DNA of 22,273 nucleotides. Source: Spongospora subterranea f. sp. subterranea. Taxonomy: Eukaryota. Positions 1-10,000 of the stretch are shown here, in pieces; positions within the stretch are counted from its first letter, which is position 1; every line of letters starts with the position of its first letter. The stretch spans positions 62,001 to 84,273 of the forward strand of contig JAUGWO010000058.1 of assembly GCA_049724395.1 (NCBI GenBank). The letters run 5' to 3'. A program made the translations under genes and the position numbers. The notes below the pieces were generated by a model that saw only the letters and a list, made by a program, of their open reading frames with translations, made no database searches and was not told the DNA's origin.

Positions 1-2343
1 GATTCTCAAAAGGCAGCCTGTTTTCTCGAAGTATCGATGAACGCGACCAAGCTTGATTATTTCGTCAAAGGCGTTCCCAACCCACTTCGTAAATAGGATA
101 CGACGCTCTCTAGCGATGAATTTCCCATCAGTTCACTTGGATAGAAAAACGGGGTTTTCTAGTTCTTTGTCGAGTTGAAGAGCGACATGATACTTCATCA
201 TCCGTCCAGCTCCAGCATCGACTACAGTATTTAGGTCATATTACTGTTTACAAATGAGTAATTTACGTTCTTGGTTGAATCATATCTGTAACGTTTGGAG
301 GGAAGTACATTAATTTGCCCAACTTCTCCATTGAACTGCAGAAATCAGAGTTTTGATGTGCATCTAGGTTATCACACAGAAATAGGCGGCTTCTGCACGA
401 TCCTGTTGGAAAACAGGGCCTTGTAGATATAATTTCGCGATATTGATTGCTGTGTGCCCGTTTACCCACGCGTTTGCCTGAAACAGGACACCTACGCAAG
501 GATCCTAAAGAAAACAATAAATCACATGAATTTCCACTTTTAATCTGAAAATGCGATAAAGCACCCAACCACTGGTTTCGCTCGAATTCATAATCATGGT
601 CCCGGCACCTCGACAGATGATTATAGGCTTTGGTTGCAGCGCTTGAGAATCCGCACAAAGAGTCAGATGCAAGGTGCATTGCCGTTTTCCATAACCCGAA
701 CGTGGCTGCCGAACCCAAACACGCTCAGCACCTTTATTGTCTACAGTTCTTTTATCACCTTCACAGATGAAAGGCAATGGGACCTAGGAGACACGAGTTA
801 ATAGCTGGTTCTCGCATTATGTGCTCGAGCACCTGGTCAAAGTTGAATACCAAGGATGGCTTGTAAAACCCATACTTGGTGTCAACGGTCGGAGACTGAG
901 AAAATTGCGAAAACAAATTCTGATGAAACTTGAAAATCGCGGAACTGCTTTGCGATGCTGCCAATTTCTTGTGATTGCTCCATCGACGGATCGAGAACCC
1001 TTGTCGGAGGAGAAACCCAGAATAATACCAGGAACGAGAAAGCTGAATATGATCAACATGTTGATCGGGAATCAGAGTACGTATTTTCCTCAGTTGGCGA
1101 GCACGGGATATGATCCAGGTTTTATTGGCTTTTAGGCCATTAAGACGACGTCGTCGCAACTCGCGTCCCAACTCTTCCTCTAACCTTCTGAGATGAATGA
1201 GCCAAGGACGATTGAATCGCCCTCGTTTACGTGAATTAGAGGAGCAGCTCGCAATGTCTCTGATTTCAGAAGCAGACTTGACCCACTTCGTCAAAACATC
1301 ACTGGAAATCCCTGAAAAATTACTCACGCTGCGTACTGCCTCAGCCCGTGAAGACATCTCTTTTTGAGAATCTCTAGACCGACGGCGGCGTTCTTGACCT
1401 CTGCTGACGTTTTTCCTAATCGGGACCTCACCTTCATAATCTAACAAATTCCAAAACACGTTCGTTGACAAGGGATAATCATCATTATCAAAATTCCTCA
1501 ACCTTGCATTATAGAGTGCGTTTTTCGATGTGCAATCAGCGCTTGAGCCGTTTGAAAGGATTTGTTGCAGTCAGTACACTGATGTCTATCTCGAGCGAAA
1601 CGAGGGCAGTTTTTAGAGACAAACTGTTGGCCACTGGCTTTCGCTGTCAAAATTGATGGGCCAAAGAAGGCGTGCAAACTTGTCTGCTGCAGAAGAGGCT
1701 TACGAGGTTTACTGCAACCTTTGAGAAAAGGAATGTTACTCATTTTGCCTGACGAAGATATACTGTGCTCACCTGAAGGTACTGCTGGTGAACTTTCAGC
1801 TTCCGCTTTGCTGTAATTGTGTGAAATTACATCATGATGCACTAAAATGTAAGTCAAACGGGTACCCGGATTGCCAATGACCAAGAATTATTTAGCCTGA
1901 CGAGACAGTTACGGCGACCCCATTTTCTGCTGATAAATTTAAAACTGCCCTCGTTTCGCTCGAGATAGACATCAGTGTACTGACTGCAACAAATCCTTTC
2001 AAACGGCTCAAGCGCTGATTGCACATCGAAAAACGCACTCTATAATGCAAGTTTTAGGAATTTTGATAATGATGATTATCCCTTGTCAACGAACATGTTT
2101 TGGAATTTGTTAGATTATGAAGGTGAGGTCCCGATTAGGAAAAACGTCAGCAGAGGTCAAGAACGCCGCCGTCGGTACAGTTACGGGAAGAAGTCTGAAA
2201 TTTTAGAGAATATAGAGATTCTCCAAAAAGAGATGTCTTCACGGGCTGAGGCAGTACGCAGCGTGAGTAATTCATCAGGGGTTTCCAGTGATGTTATGAC
2301 GATCTGCCAAATCCCGGATTGCAGCTACAATGGATCCTGACAT
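1..2343 (-). pseudogene. C2H2 zinc finger + HTH/CENP-B HTH + DDE_1 pogo-like transposase, disrupted
   Basis: Reconstruction: ATG at 2343-2341 (MSGSIVAAIRDLAENGVAVTVSS once insertion 1931-2307 is removed). Introns 1842-1896 (GC donor), 1441-1502, 784-832, 505-564 and 222-270 (donor reads GA). Motifs: HQCTDCNKSFQTAQALIAHRKTH; LEEEL...RRLNG...SRSW...FLLRQGFSIRR; NFDQ|VPLPF; FQANAWVN; LFLCDNLDAH; FPPNVTDMIQP|IDAG, giving about DD34D spacing. Lesions: insertion in exon 1, frameshift between ~390 and 450, TGA at 133-135. Confidence 0.85.
1288..2302. repeat. Long inverted repeat with arms 1288-1613 and 1941-2302 and a 327-bp spacer
   Basis: 1941-2302 is the reverse complement of 1288-1613. By manual alignment there are about 7 substitutions, and the right arm has 36 extra nt net. 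Confidence 0.95.
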
Positions 2344-2471
2344 TGAAAGGTACATGACCAATATTCAACTGTTGTTGTGTTTTGAGGGACGACTGGATTT
2401 CGGAGTCCGGAGATTTTATTAATAGAATTCTGATTGACGACTGACGTTGGTACAAGAGCTCCCAGCACAAA

Positions 2472-2628
2472 TTTAATCAGTTTTTGTGATAAGACCCCTA
2501 TCTGCCCGCGTTTTAATCAGTTTTTGGACCCTGTTTTTCTCGTTAAAAAACGGCCTTTGGGGTCTCAAACCCTTTTTTTCGGGGTTCGGGCCTTATCATG
2601 AGAATGCTTATCAAAAAAATTTACTGTA
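2472..2628 (-). repeat. Putative 5' terminal inverted repeat and subterminal motifs of the pogo-like element, with TA target
   Basis: TTTAATCAGTTTTTG at 2472-2486 and 2512-2526. CTTATCA at 2592-2598 and 2607-2613, with inverted GATAAG at 2488-2493. Terminus ...TTTACTG|TA at 2626/2627-2628. The partner TIR is not in the window. Confidence 0.7.
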
Positions 2629-2896
2629 CATTGCAGAAGGAATGACATCTATACATCAGGTATGCGACATAGCAATCAACAAGCCTCTTAAGGCCAAAAT
2701 ACGGGATGAATACTACAAGTTCCGTATAAAGTCTATCGGAGATCTTTCCGCAAAAGAAATCGCAGGGTCAGTCTTCTCAGTTCCCAGGGAGAATTTAGTC
2801 GGTATGATTGAAACTGTCTTCGATGATACAATGCAAGAAACAGCACTCGTCGATCGATTGCTGATGCATTTGCCATTTGTAGACAAGATTTTCTAA
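2627..2896 (+). pseudogene. C-terminal fragment of a second, different pogo-like DDE_1 transposase
   Basis: YIAEGMTSIHQVCDIAINKPLKAKIR matches the pogo third-aspartate motif (xIPxxxTSxxQxxDxxxNKPxK). The match begins exactly at the TA next to the first element's terminus. Confidence 0.8.
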
Positions 2897-3021
2897 AATT
2901 GAGCTCAATAGGAAGTGAGTTTATTAAACCATACGGTCTCCCACGTGTACGTGTAGACACATGTGAACATATTGTGAGATCATGGGGCTGAGGAATGTAA
3001 ATCGGTTCTTGGTAATTTGAC

Positions 3022-5110
3022 AGGACCGTGCCCTTGGCCATTTCGTTGCTGATGGGGAAGACGGCGGGGAAGACGGCGGACCATTACGCAGCACATTTCG
3101 GGGCGTTATTTCGTGCCGACCGATTTGGAACAGTGGAACGACGCCTTTCCTGGCAATACTTGTGACTTTTCGGACGCTGAGCGTGCAGGATTTGAGCGCG
3201 CTCTCGAAAACACTGTAACATCCCTCCTGAGCAAGACATCAAACTGGAGCTGTTCTACAGGTGTTGCTCTGTTCATTTCAAGAGAACTCTGACCCGAGTA
3301 AGACGGAACGGCGCCCTCGTCGAACCCGAAAAGGAGCATTCGTTTTATCAATCTGCGTGCGCGCTACTTACAATCGATGATGCCGAAGAATCAGAACCCG
3401 CCTCGAGTCTCTGGTACTTGATTTTCCTCGGCTGAAAAGATGGTTCCACTGGCACATCGCTCGTGGAGAGTTTATTTTCCCCGCAATGGCGAAAGCCTGC
3501 AACAACCCATTCATCAGTGACGACACCAATGCACAGGAATGTATTGGTGGCGACTTTCAATTTAGTGCTCCGAAAGCTACGCTGTCCATCGCAGAGTGTC
3601 TGGATCACTCCTACAAATACGTGAAACAGGTCGAATTGGATTTTTCCATGGCCTTGCAGGGGATGCCACTCCGGTATGCTCGGCCTGTGTCGAGGAAGAC
3701 AATGTTTGTCAATGATGGTCGCCCTCCAGATCAGCTGGTTATGTGCACGAAGCGTGTCTGCCGACCCAAGGGGGCACGGAACTTGCAGCCGGGCATCGCT
3801 TCCGACACGGATGCCAAAACATTGGGATTCTCTGGAGCTTCATTTATCACGGATTCAAGGCCATTAACACATGCGCGAATGGATACTGGCCTAATGGCTA
3901 TTCTAGTTCTTTATCAATACGGCGGGCTGTCAGAGGATGCGGACATCAATAAACTTCGGAAAGTTATGGTGTTATTGGAGGCGAAAGAGTATGACAGGGC
4001 TCGATTCATCTGGTGCACTACCGTCCTTGGAAAACCAGAAACTGGCGAATACGACCTGTATGGCTCAGTAGAAAGCAATCTCTGTGATGGATGTCCTGCT
4101 TTATTCGTTTCAAAACGTCCTTCGACTCGCAATGCGGATCGGATTTCTGCCCGACTCCTCATGCAGTATCGTCGAATTCCCGGCAGCCTGATAGCGGTGG
4201 CGTTGGAAAACTCTTCACTCAAGTACATCCACCCGCATCCTGCAAGCGGTTTACGCAGGAGGCTCTGGAAGTTTTCTTCAGCGAGCACGTCATGTGAAAT
4301 GATAGCCACAGAAGAGCACGTAGCCGACAAACCCATGGAGGCATTTCGATCACAGCCCGTTCTCAGCGAAGACCTCACCGTAATCGGCGAGAAATCTTGC
4401 TGCGCGGGGACCCGTCGTTATCTTTCCCGAAACATCATTTCGTATCCAGTACTGCTACACGTCGCGTTGTCCTGTCGGCGATAATGAGTCTTCACAGATG
4501 ATCCAGAAGCCAGTTCGAAACATCCTTGTCGAAGATAAGGAGTACGTCCTGGCCGCTTTGATATATTCTATCAACCACAAAACCCACTTCTCAGGACACA
4601 TGTTCGTGCGCGGCCGACCCTTATATTACGACGGGATGACGAGACCAGTCCAACGATGGCATTCATTGGCGGAGTATCAACTGACGACACACCCAATCTC
4701 GCACATCTGGTATCTTCGAGCCAATCGCGAAATTGCGAATACCTGTTCATCGTCGTCAAGCGATGATCAATCAAGCGAAAGTCAGACCTAACCGTCCAAG
4801 CGGCAGCGTCGTACATTACCTCCCGTTGAAACGGCGGAAACTATAAAGGCTAAGTTGCTGCCTGCCAAAAAGAAAGAACAAAAAAGTATCCGATCGGCAT
4901 TTCTGTGCACATCGTCGGCACGAGAGGAGCATTGCCGACATGCGCGACCTGTGCCAAAAAATTGGGCGCGGCAACAATAGAATTGTGCATCAAATATTGA
5001 CCGATGCAGCCCGTGGATTCTTTGAATCCAATTCATTCCATGCTAACGGTACTTGTTTGCAGTGGATGTCGCCCAAGCAAGATGATGTCGCTGCCTTTCG
5101 TATAAAATAA
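3022..5110 (+). pseudogene. MULE/Mutator-type DDE transposase (5'-truncated) followed by a USP-like cysteine peptidase domain and a PARP-type zinc finger; multiply frameshifted
   Basis: Motifs in order across shifting + frames: RTVPLAISLLMGKTA..DHYAAHFGALF (~3022-3111); FPGNTCDFSDAERAGFERAL (CD 3161-3166); YRCCSVHFKR (CxxH 3265-3276); FPRLKRWFHW..IFPA; DTNAQE; NDGRPPD; GILWSF..INTCA/MDTGL (Cys 3872-3874); YVLAALIY..THFSGH..YYDGM (His 4585-4587, Asp 4630-4632); CATC-x29-H-x4-C (4941-5056). Confidence 0.7.
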
Positions 5111-5292
5111 ACTTGAAATGATGCTGCAGTCAATTGCTAAGGCGTTTTGGACAGGGGCTCCTCAGTTTCGCTTGATAGATCATCGTTTGTCGAAGATCTG
5201 TACTTTTCGCTATTAGTTCTACACCAATAATGAAGGGCCAACGCCCAACAGAATTGACTGGATCAAAAAGCTGGATGTCGCAATTTGAATCT

Positions 5293-5578
5293 GTGTTTTG
5301 CACACAAATTGCGTGAGTGTTTTGCACACAAATTGCGTGAGTGTTTTGCACACAAATTGCGTGAGTGTTTGCACACAAATTGCGTGAGTGTTTTGCACAC
5401 AAATTGCGTGAGTGTTTTGCAAACAAATTGCGTGAGTGTTTTGCACACAAATTGCGTGAGTGTTTTGCACACAAATTGCGTGAGTGTTTTGCACACAAAT
5501 TGCGTGAGTGTTTTGCACACAAATTGCGTGAGTGTTTTGCACACAAATTGCGTGAGTGTTTTGCACACAAATTGCGTG
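5293..5578. repeat. Tandem array of 12 x 24 bp, unit GTGTTTTGCACACAAATTGCGTGA
   Basis: Units counted directly. Unit 4 (5365-5387) lacks one T, unit 6 has a C>A change, and unit 12 lacks the final A. There are no spacers between units. Confidence 0.98.
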
Positions 5579-5646
5579 TGTTGCGATTTTAGGAGCGGAA
5601 GGCCACGCCCACCCAAGGGGTGTTGGAGCGGAATCTGGGACTGATC

Positions 5647-6995
5647 ATGACCTCTATTTGTTCCCTCTCCACCCGAGCTCTTATTGGTCACACTGCTCCC
5701 GTTCAATGTCTACACGCTAGCCATGATGCTCCAGAGGTGCTCCTTTCTGGCGGGACAGAAGGGGTGGCCAGGATATGGGACACCAGGCAATCAAACAGGG
5801 TCACCTCTCGTTGCCGCCTTTGTTGAATGGTGATCTCATTTAACTTCTAGGCCGTCCGGTCCCTGGTCGTGTCTAACGAATCCGTCAATAGTCTATCGCT
5901 ATTCTCCAGCACAATAGTTTTAGCTGTGTCTGGAACTAAACTACTTGTATATGATCTAAGGCGGGATAATATCCCTATTGTCCTGCGGTCCCCATCGTAT
6001 CAGCCCTTCTCCGGTTGCTCAATCACCCGTAGATTCGTCAGGCTTGGCAAGAATCCAACCTCTTAATGTATAGGTAATGATGAGCTGAATCAGGTCGTCT
6101 GCGACAACAAGCGGATTGCTGTTTGCGATGATAGCGGATCCATCGCAATTGGGTCCTGGAGCCAAAATCGTGTGGTTTCTATGGAGTCTGCACAAATAGC
6201 AGGTTAAATCAAGTGTATAATTGCTTCCATTTCCCGTTAAAAGTTCCAAATAGGGCATGAGAATATATGTTCCTGTGTCGCAATCTGCCCAAATAAGTCA
6301 CCAATGATTATCAGCGGAGGAATGGACTCCATCATTAAATTTTGGAAACCAAAGTGGGTCGTCTGAATAATTTCCCTGCTCTTGTCGCTGATCACAGTTT
6401 GCGGGATATTGTAGCGGATCATGCATTGGGTTAATCAACACAGCACCTCCCTCGTCGGGCAATACGATCCAATCATCAATGGTGCATTCTATCACATGTT
6501 CAGGCGATGGGGTCCTCTTTGCCGCCGGTCTTGGTAATTCCGATGTTTTGTTGGGCAGTCTTCAAACGCGATCAGAAGCAGCCCGCTTGCATGGTCATAC
6601 TGGAATTGTCTGTAATGTTGAGTTCGCTGCTTTTCGTCCGCGTAATCTATGGTTAAATAATGGATAATTCGGTCTAATTTGTTGTTAGTCGATACAATAT
6701 TATCGGCATCGACCGACTCTACGATCGTCGTCTGGAATTTGGATCCGTCGATGCAACCTGATACGTCGCTCGCAGATTTATCACAAGCGGAGAAGGAAGT
6801 TTTCGATCATCGTCTAATCCAGACCCGAGTTTTGTACGGATATAAAATCGTTGAGCTTGTTTTGATGAGGACGATTAATGTGTTCCGGTTTTGTTCAGAT
6901 TATCTGCTAAACCGAATTTCATGACCAGCTCTCGCCAGGGAAACATCTATGTTGCTGATTCTACATCATCCATTACTGTCTTCAATTTGATTTAA
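5647..6995 (+). CDS. WDR53: WD40-repeat protein, WDR53-like (7 exons)
   Basis: GT-AG introns 5800-5850, 6014-6073, 6203-6253, 6354-6414, 6642-6688 and 6834-6898 give an open frame. Motifs GHTAPVQCL, NDELNQ..AVCDDSGSI, HENICSCVA..SGGMDS, MVHSITCS, GHTGIVCNVEF and NIYVADSTSSITVF follow the WDR53 pattern. Confidence 0.8.
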
Positions 6996-7070
6996 AATAT
7001 TTTATGCTAACGCCAGGCCTCTCTTCGCTGGTCTTTCAAGCTTGTAGCTTTAATAACATCGCTATGCAGT

Positions 7071-10000
7071 TTATTTTCTGTAAAGTTTTTGTCTAACTAT
7101 TTTTATGTCTGCTTGTACTTGCGACCACCTATCCTCTGTCGGTATAGACTCTTTGCCTGATCATTGACTCACTATCGCACCATTCTATCTCGACCCCCGA
7201 CAAATCAAGCGATTGATCTCCGACATCATGTTCTTGTTTACCTCCTATATGTTCCCCATTTAGCCCATTCGTCGTCAATTTTCTGATACATATGCTTCGT
7301 TAGTTACTTCCGACCCTCTGCTATTGGTATTGTCATGAGTATATGTTTTGTTCCCGGCTCTTTCTTCTTTTGTAGTGTGTGGTTGCTGTCCAACCATCAA
7401 GTCCTCATCGCTATCCATTTCCATATATTTTCCGATGTTCTGCGTTTTCTGATTGTCAAAGTCCTGGAATGCGTTCTCGACCGTTGATAAGTCCTGTTCA
7501 CCTTCAATTTCGATGATTCCCAGATCTAATTCTGAATCGTCATCATTTTCAAAATGAGATTCTTCAAGCTTGTATTTGGCCTGATCCGGGTTTGTCGATG
7601 CTCTTGATGGCGATTGCCCTAGTTGGTGTTCTCCTTCTCGTCCTGTATTCTCCATAATCGAATCAGGAGGTTGGTCCAATCCCAATACAGCGTCCACGCG
7701 ATCAGGATTGTAATTTTCAGCATCCCATATCGTTATCAGTATTGTCGCCGCCTCCTGCACCTCTGTGTTCCAATCATTGGTTAGGTCACGTATTATGTTT
7801 GCAACTCGTTCTGGACATCTCATCACTGATGAAGCTGTGGGCAAGATGGCCCATGCAAGTCTTAAACCCCACAATCTTCGCGACCAACACTTTCGATTCC
7901 GGCACGATTCAGCTATGACATTTTCCCAAATGTAAAACACAATAGATGGCTGAACTATAGACCCTTCAACGGGTTGTATCGAGTCCTGTTGTGGGCTTTC
8001 TCGTTTGAACTGGCCACGAACGATTCGCAGGATTGACCATAGACAAACTTTTTTGACATTCTCCCAAACTGTGGAATCAGCCCATTCCAGTAATAGAGAC
8101 AATGATCGGATAACATGGGAATCGTTAATCGTCAGTTCTGATATCTGAATGATGTTTTCCATGAGCTTGGCCAGTGCAAATTCACTAGTCGCTTCCATTG
8201 TCTGACCCTCAATGGAATGGAATATCAATTCAAATAAGGATTCAGCAACAGATCCTATAGATAGCGGTCAATTTGAGGCTATCTATCTGAGCATTGCAGC
8301 TGCACCTGTTGGTATCGCCTGACGAACGATCACATTCATAAGTCGAATGCATTCAACGCGAACCCTCCCGTTCGCCAATGACAATACTGGTTGAAGAGCC
8401 CGTATTGTTTCTGATTCTATCTGGGTGCCTTCATCCAACATGTATAGACATTCGACTGCTAATTGAATCCAATCGACAAGTTGGTCGTCACGTAGATTTG
8501 ACGACCCACTGATATGTGATAAAAGATGTTGAAGATTTCCGGAGCGGCCGACGATCTCCAGAATTCGCTGACGAGTTTTCACCCATGAACTGGATCTAAC
8601 GGTTGATCTGATAAAAGAGAGTAATCAAAACGGGAAAATGTGAAAAGAGGTATTGTACTATTACACGTTCAAAAGTGCATGGAGAACAGCACATATGTGT
8701 TCCCAAGTAAGTATTGGCTCTAACGTTTGAATCAAAGTATCGGCTAATTGAAACGTCTCGTCAAAAAGAGAGTGAGGAATCCAGTTTAGGAAGACACCAA
8801 GGAATTCTAATAGAAGGTGTGAGGGAGCTATCGCGTCCAGCAGGATCTACCATCAGATTATTGTGTAATCACCATATACAAATTGACAAACCGGATAATG
8901 GAACAATGCATAGTAGAGCTTGTAAAGCGGTTCTAGATGGTGATCCATCTAAACTATTCGTAACGGACAGCTCAATTATTTGGTCTATGAACTTGTCCAT
9001 GGACAGTGTTTCGTCCTCTTTACGAAAAGCATTGACCGATCGGGTAATAAACCCAAGGATTTCCCAAAGATTATGAAATAAGGACAGGTCGAACAGATCC
9101 TGGCTTTGTAGCTGCTGAAGAAGCCTTTTCTCGACCAACGGAATCAGGCGAGAAAATTCCTCCAAACAATTTGAATGATCACCGCTGGCAAATGACCGCC
9201 GTCTAGACGGGAAACGAATGTCGGCATGAAATAATTCCATCAAACATAATTAGCACCTGACCGCTGTAGTTTGGTTTTGTATTCGATCACACGAATTACA
9301 ATTTGAAGCGATAAACTGATCAATTCGGGAGATGTTTGGTCGGTATCCGACCCAACCATCTGTCCGGGTGGATGAATACGTAAATGACGATCGATCATAA
9401 TTGAAACAAACCCCTGTCAAGTTCAAATGCAATCAACGTCAGAAACCTTGGGCGACACCAAAAACTCAATACGGACCGGAACTTGTTGGTTTTGAATCGT
9501 GGCGGGAAACCAGGTCTGAACAGTGTCCCAGACGTTTTGTGCAGATGATTTGATTGTCATGTTTGATGAGCCACAGCATATTATCAGATTGGATAGAGAC
9601 GTGTATGATATATCGGCGTCCCCCTAAATTTCAACAGTGTTGTAGTATCAGCAAACTCGATGTGGCAATGAGGTGAATCGCCGACCTTAATGGCGTTTAA
9701 AACATATTTCCACAATCGCAGTACAATCCGGATGGAATTCTCATATTTGGGTTCAGACGAGATCAGGTTGAAGAGCGGTTGTAAACACGAGTCAGATAGA
9801 TAGTGGAGCGATGTGCTCGACAGAAGAGCCAAATTGGCTAAAACAGCTTCAATGATTGGCTCAGATACATCCCCATCCTCGATCATGATTACCGCTTCGA
9901 TAATCCTCGGCAATGACGGGAAACAATCGCAACCTAAACATTCCAATACGAATTCTATGGTTCGGGCTGCCGCCTCACATATATATGTTGGATTGTCAAT

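Larger units (their letters stand above)
1..2626 (-). mobile_element. pogo/Tigger-like (Tc1/mariner superfamily) DNA transposon, 5' end at 2626, 3' end beyond the window start; non-autonomous
   Basis: Minus strand reads TA|CAGTAAATTTTTTTGATAAG from 2628, a TA target followed by a CAGT terminus typical of pogo-like elements. Subterminal repeats follow, then a spliced CENP-B HTH plus DDE_1 transposase. Confidence 0.85.

Noticed and set aside
2083..2340. 85-aa ORF as an independent gene
   Set aside because: It starts at TTG inside intron-derived sequence of the inverted duplicate and runs out of the insert.
2486..2896. 136-aa ORF as a real gene
   Set aside because: It is a chimera: the first ~47 codons are transposon terminal DNA and the rest is a DDE fragment.
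5293..5578. CRISPR array
   Set aside because: The units are contiguous with no unique spacers, no cas genes are evident, and the context is eukaryotic.
5130..5706. Repeat-protein ORFs (CAKHSRNL, VQNTHAIC, VCKTLTQF and similar)
   Set aside because: A stop-poor 24-bp unit opens five frames at once. The 23-bp unit shifts the frame, so there is no sign of coding constraint.
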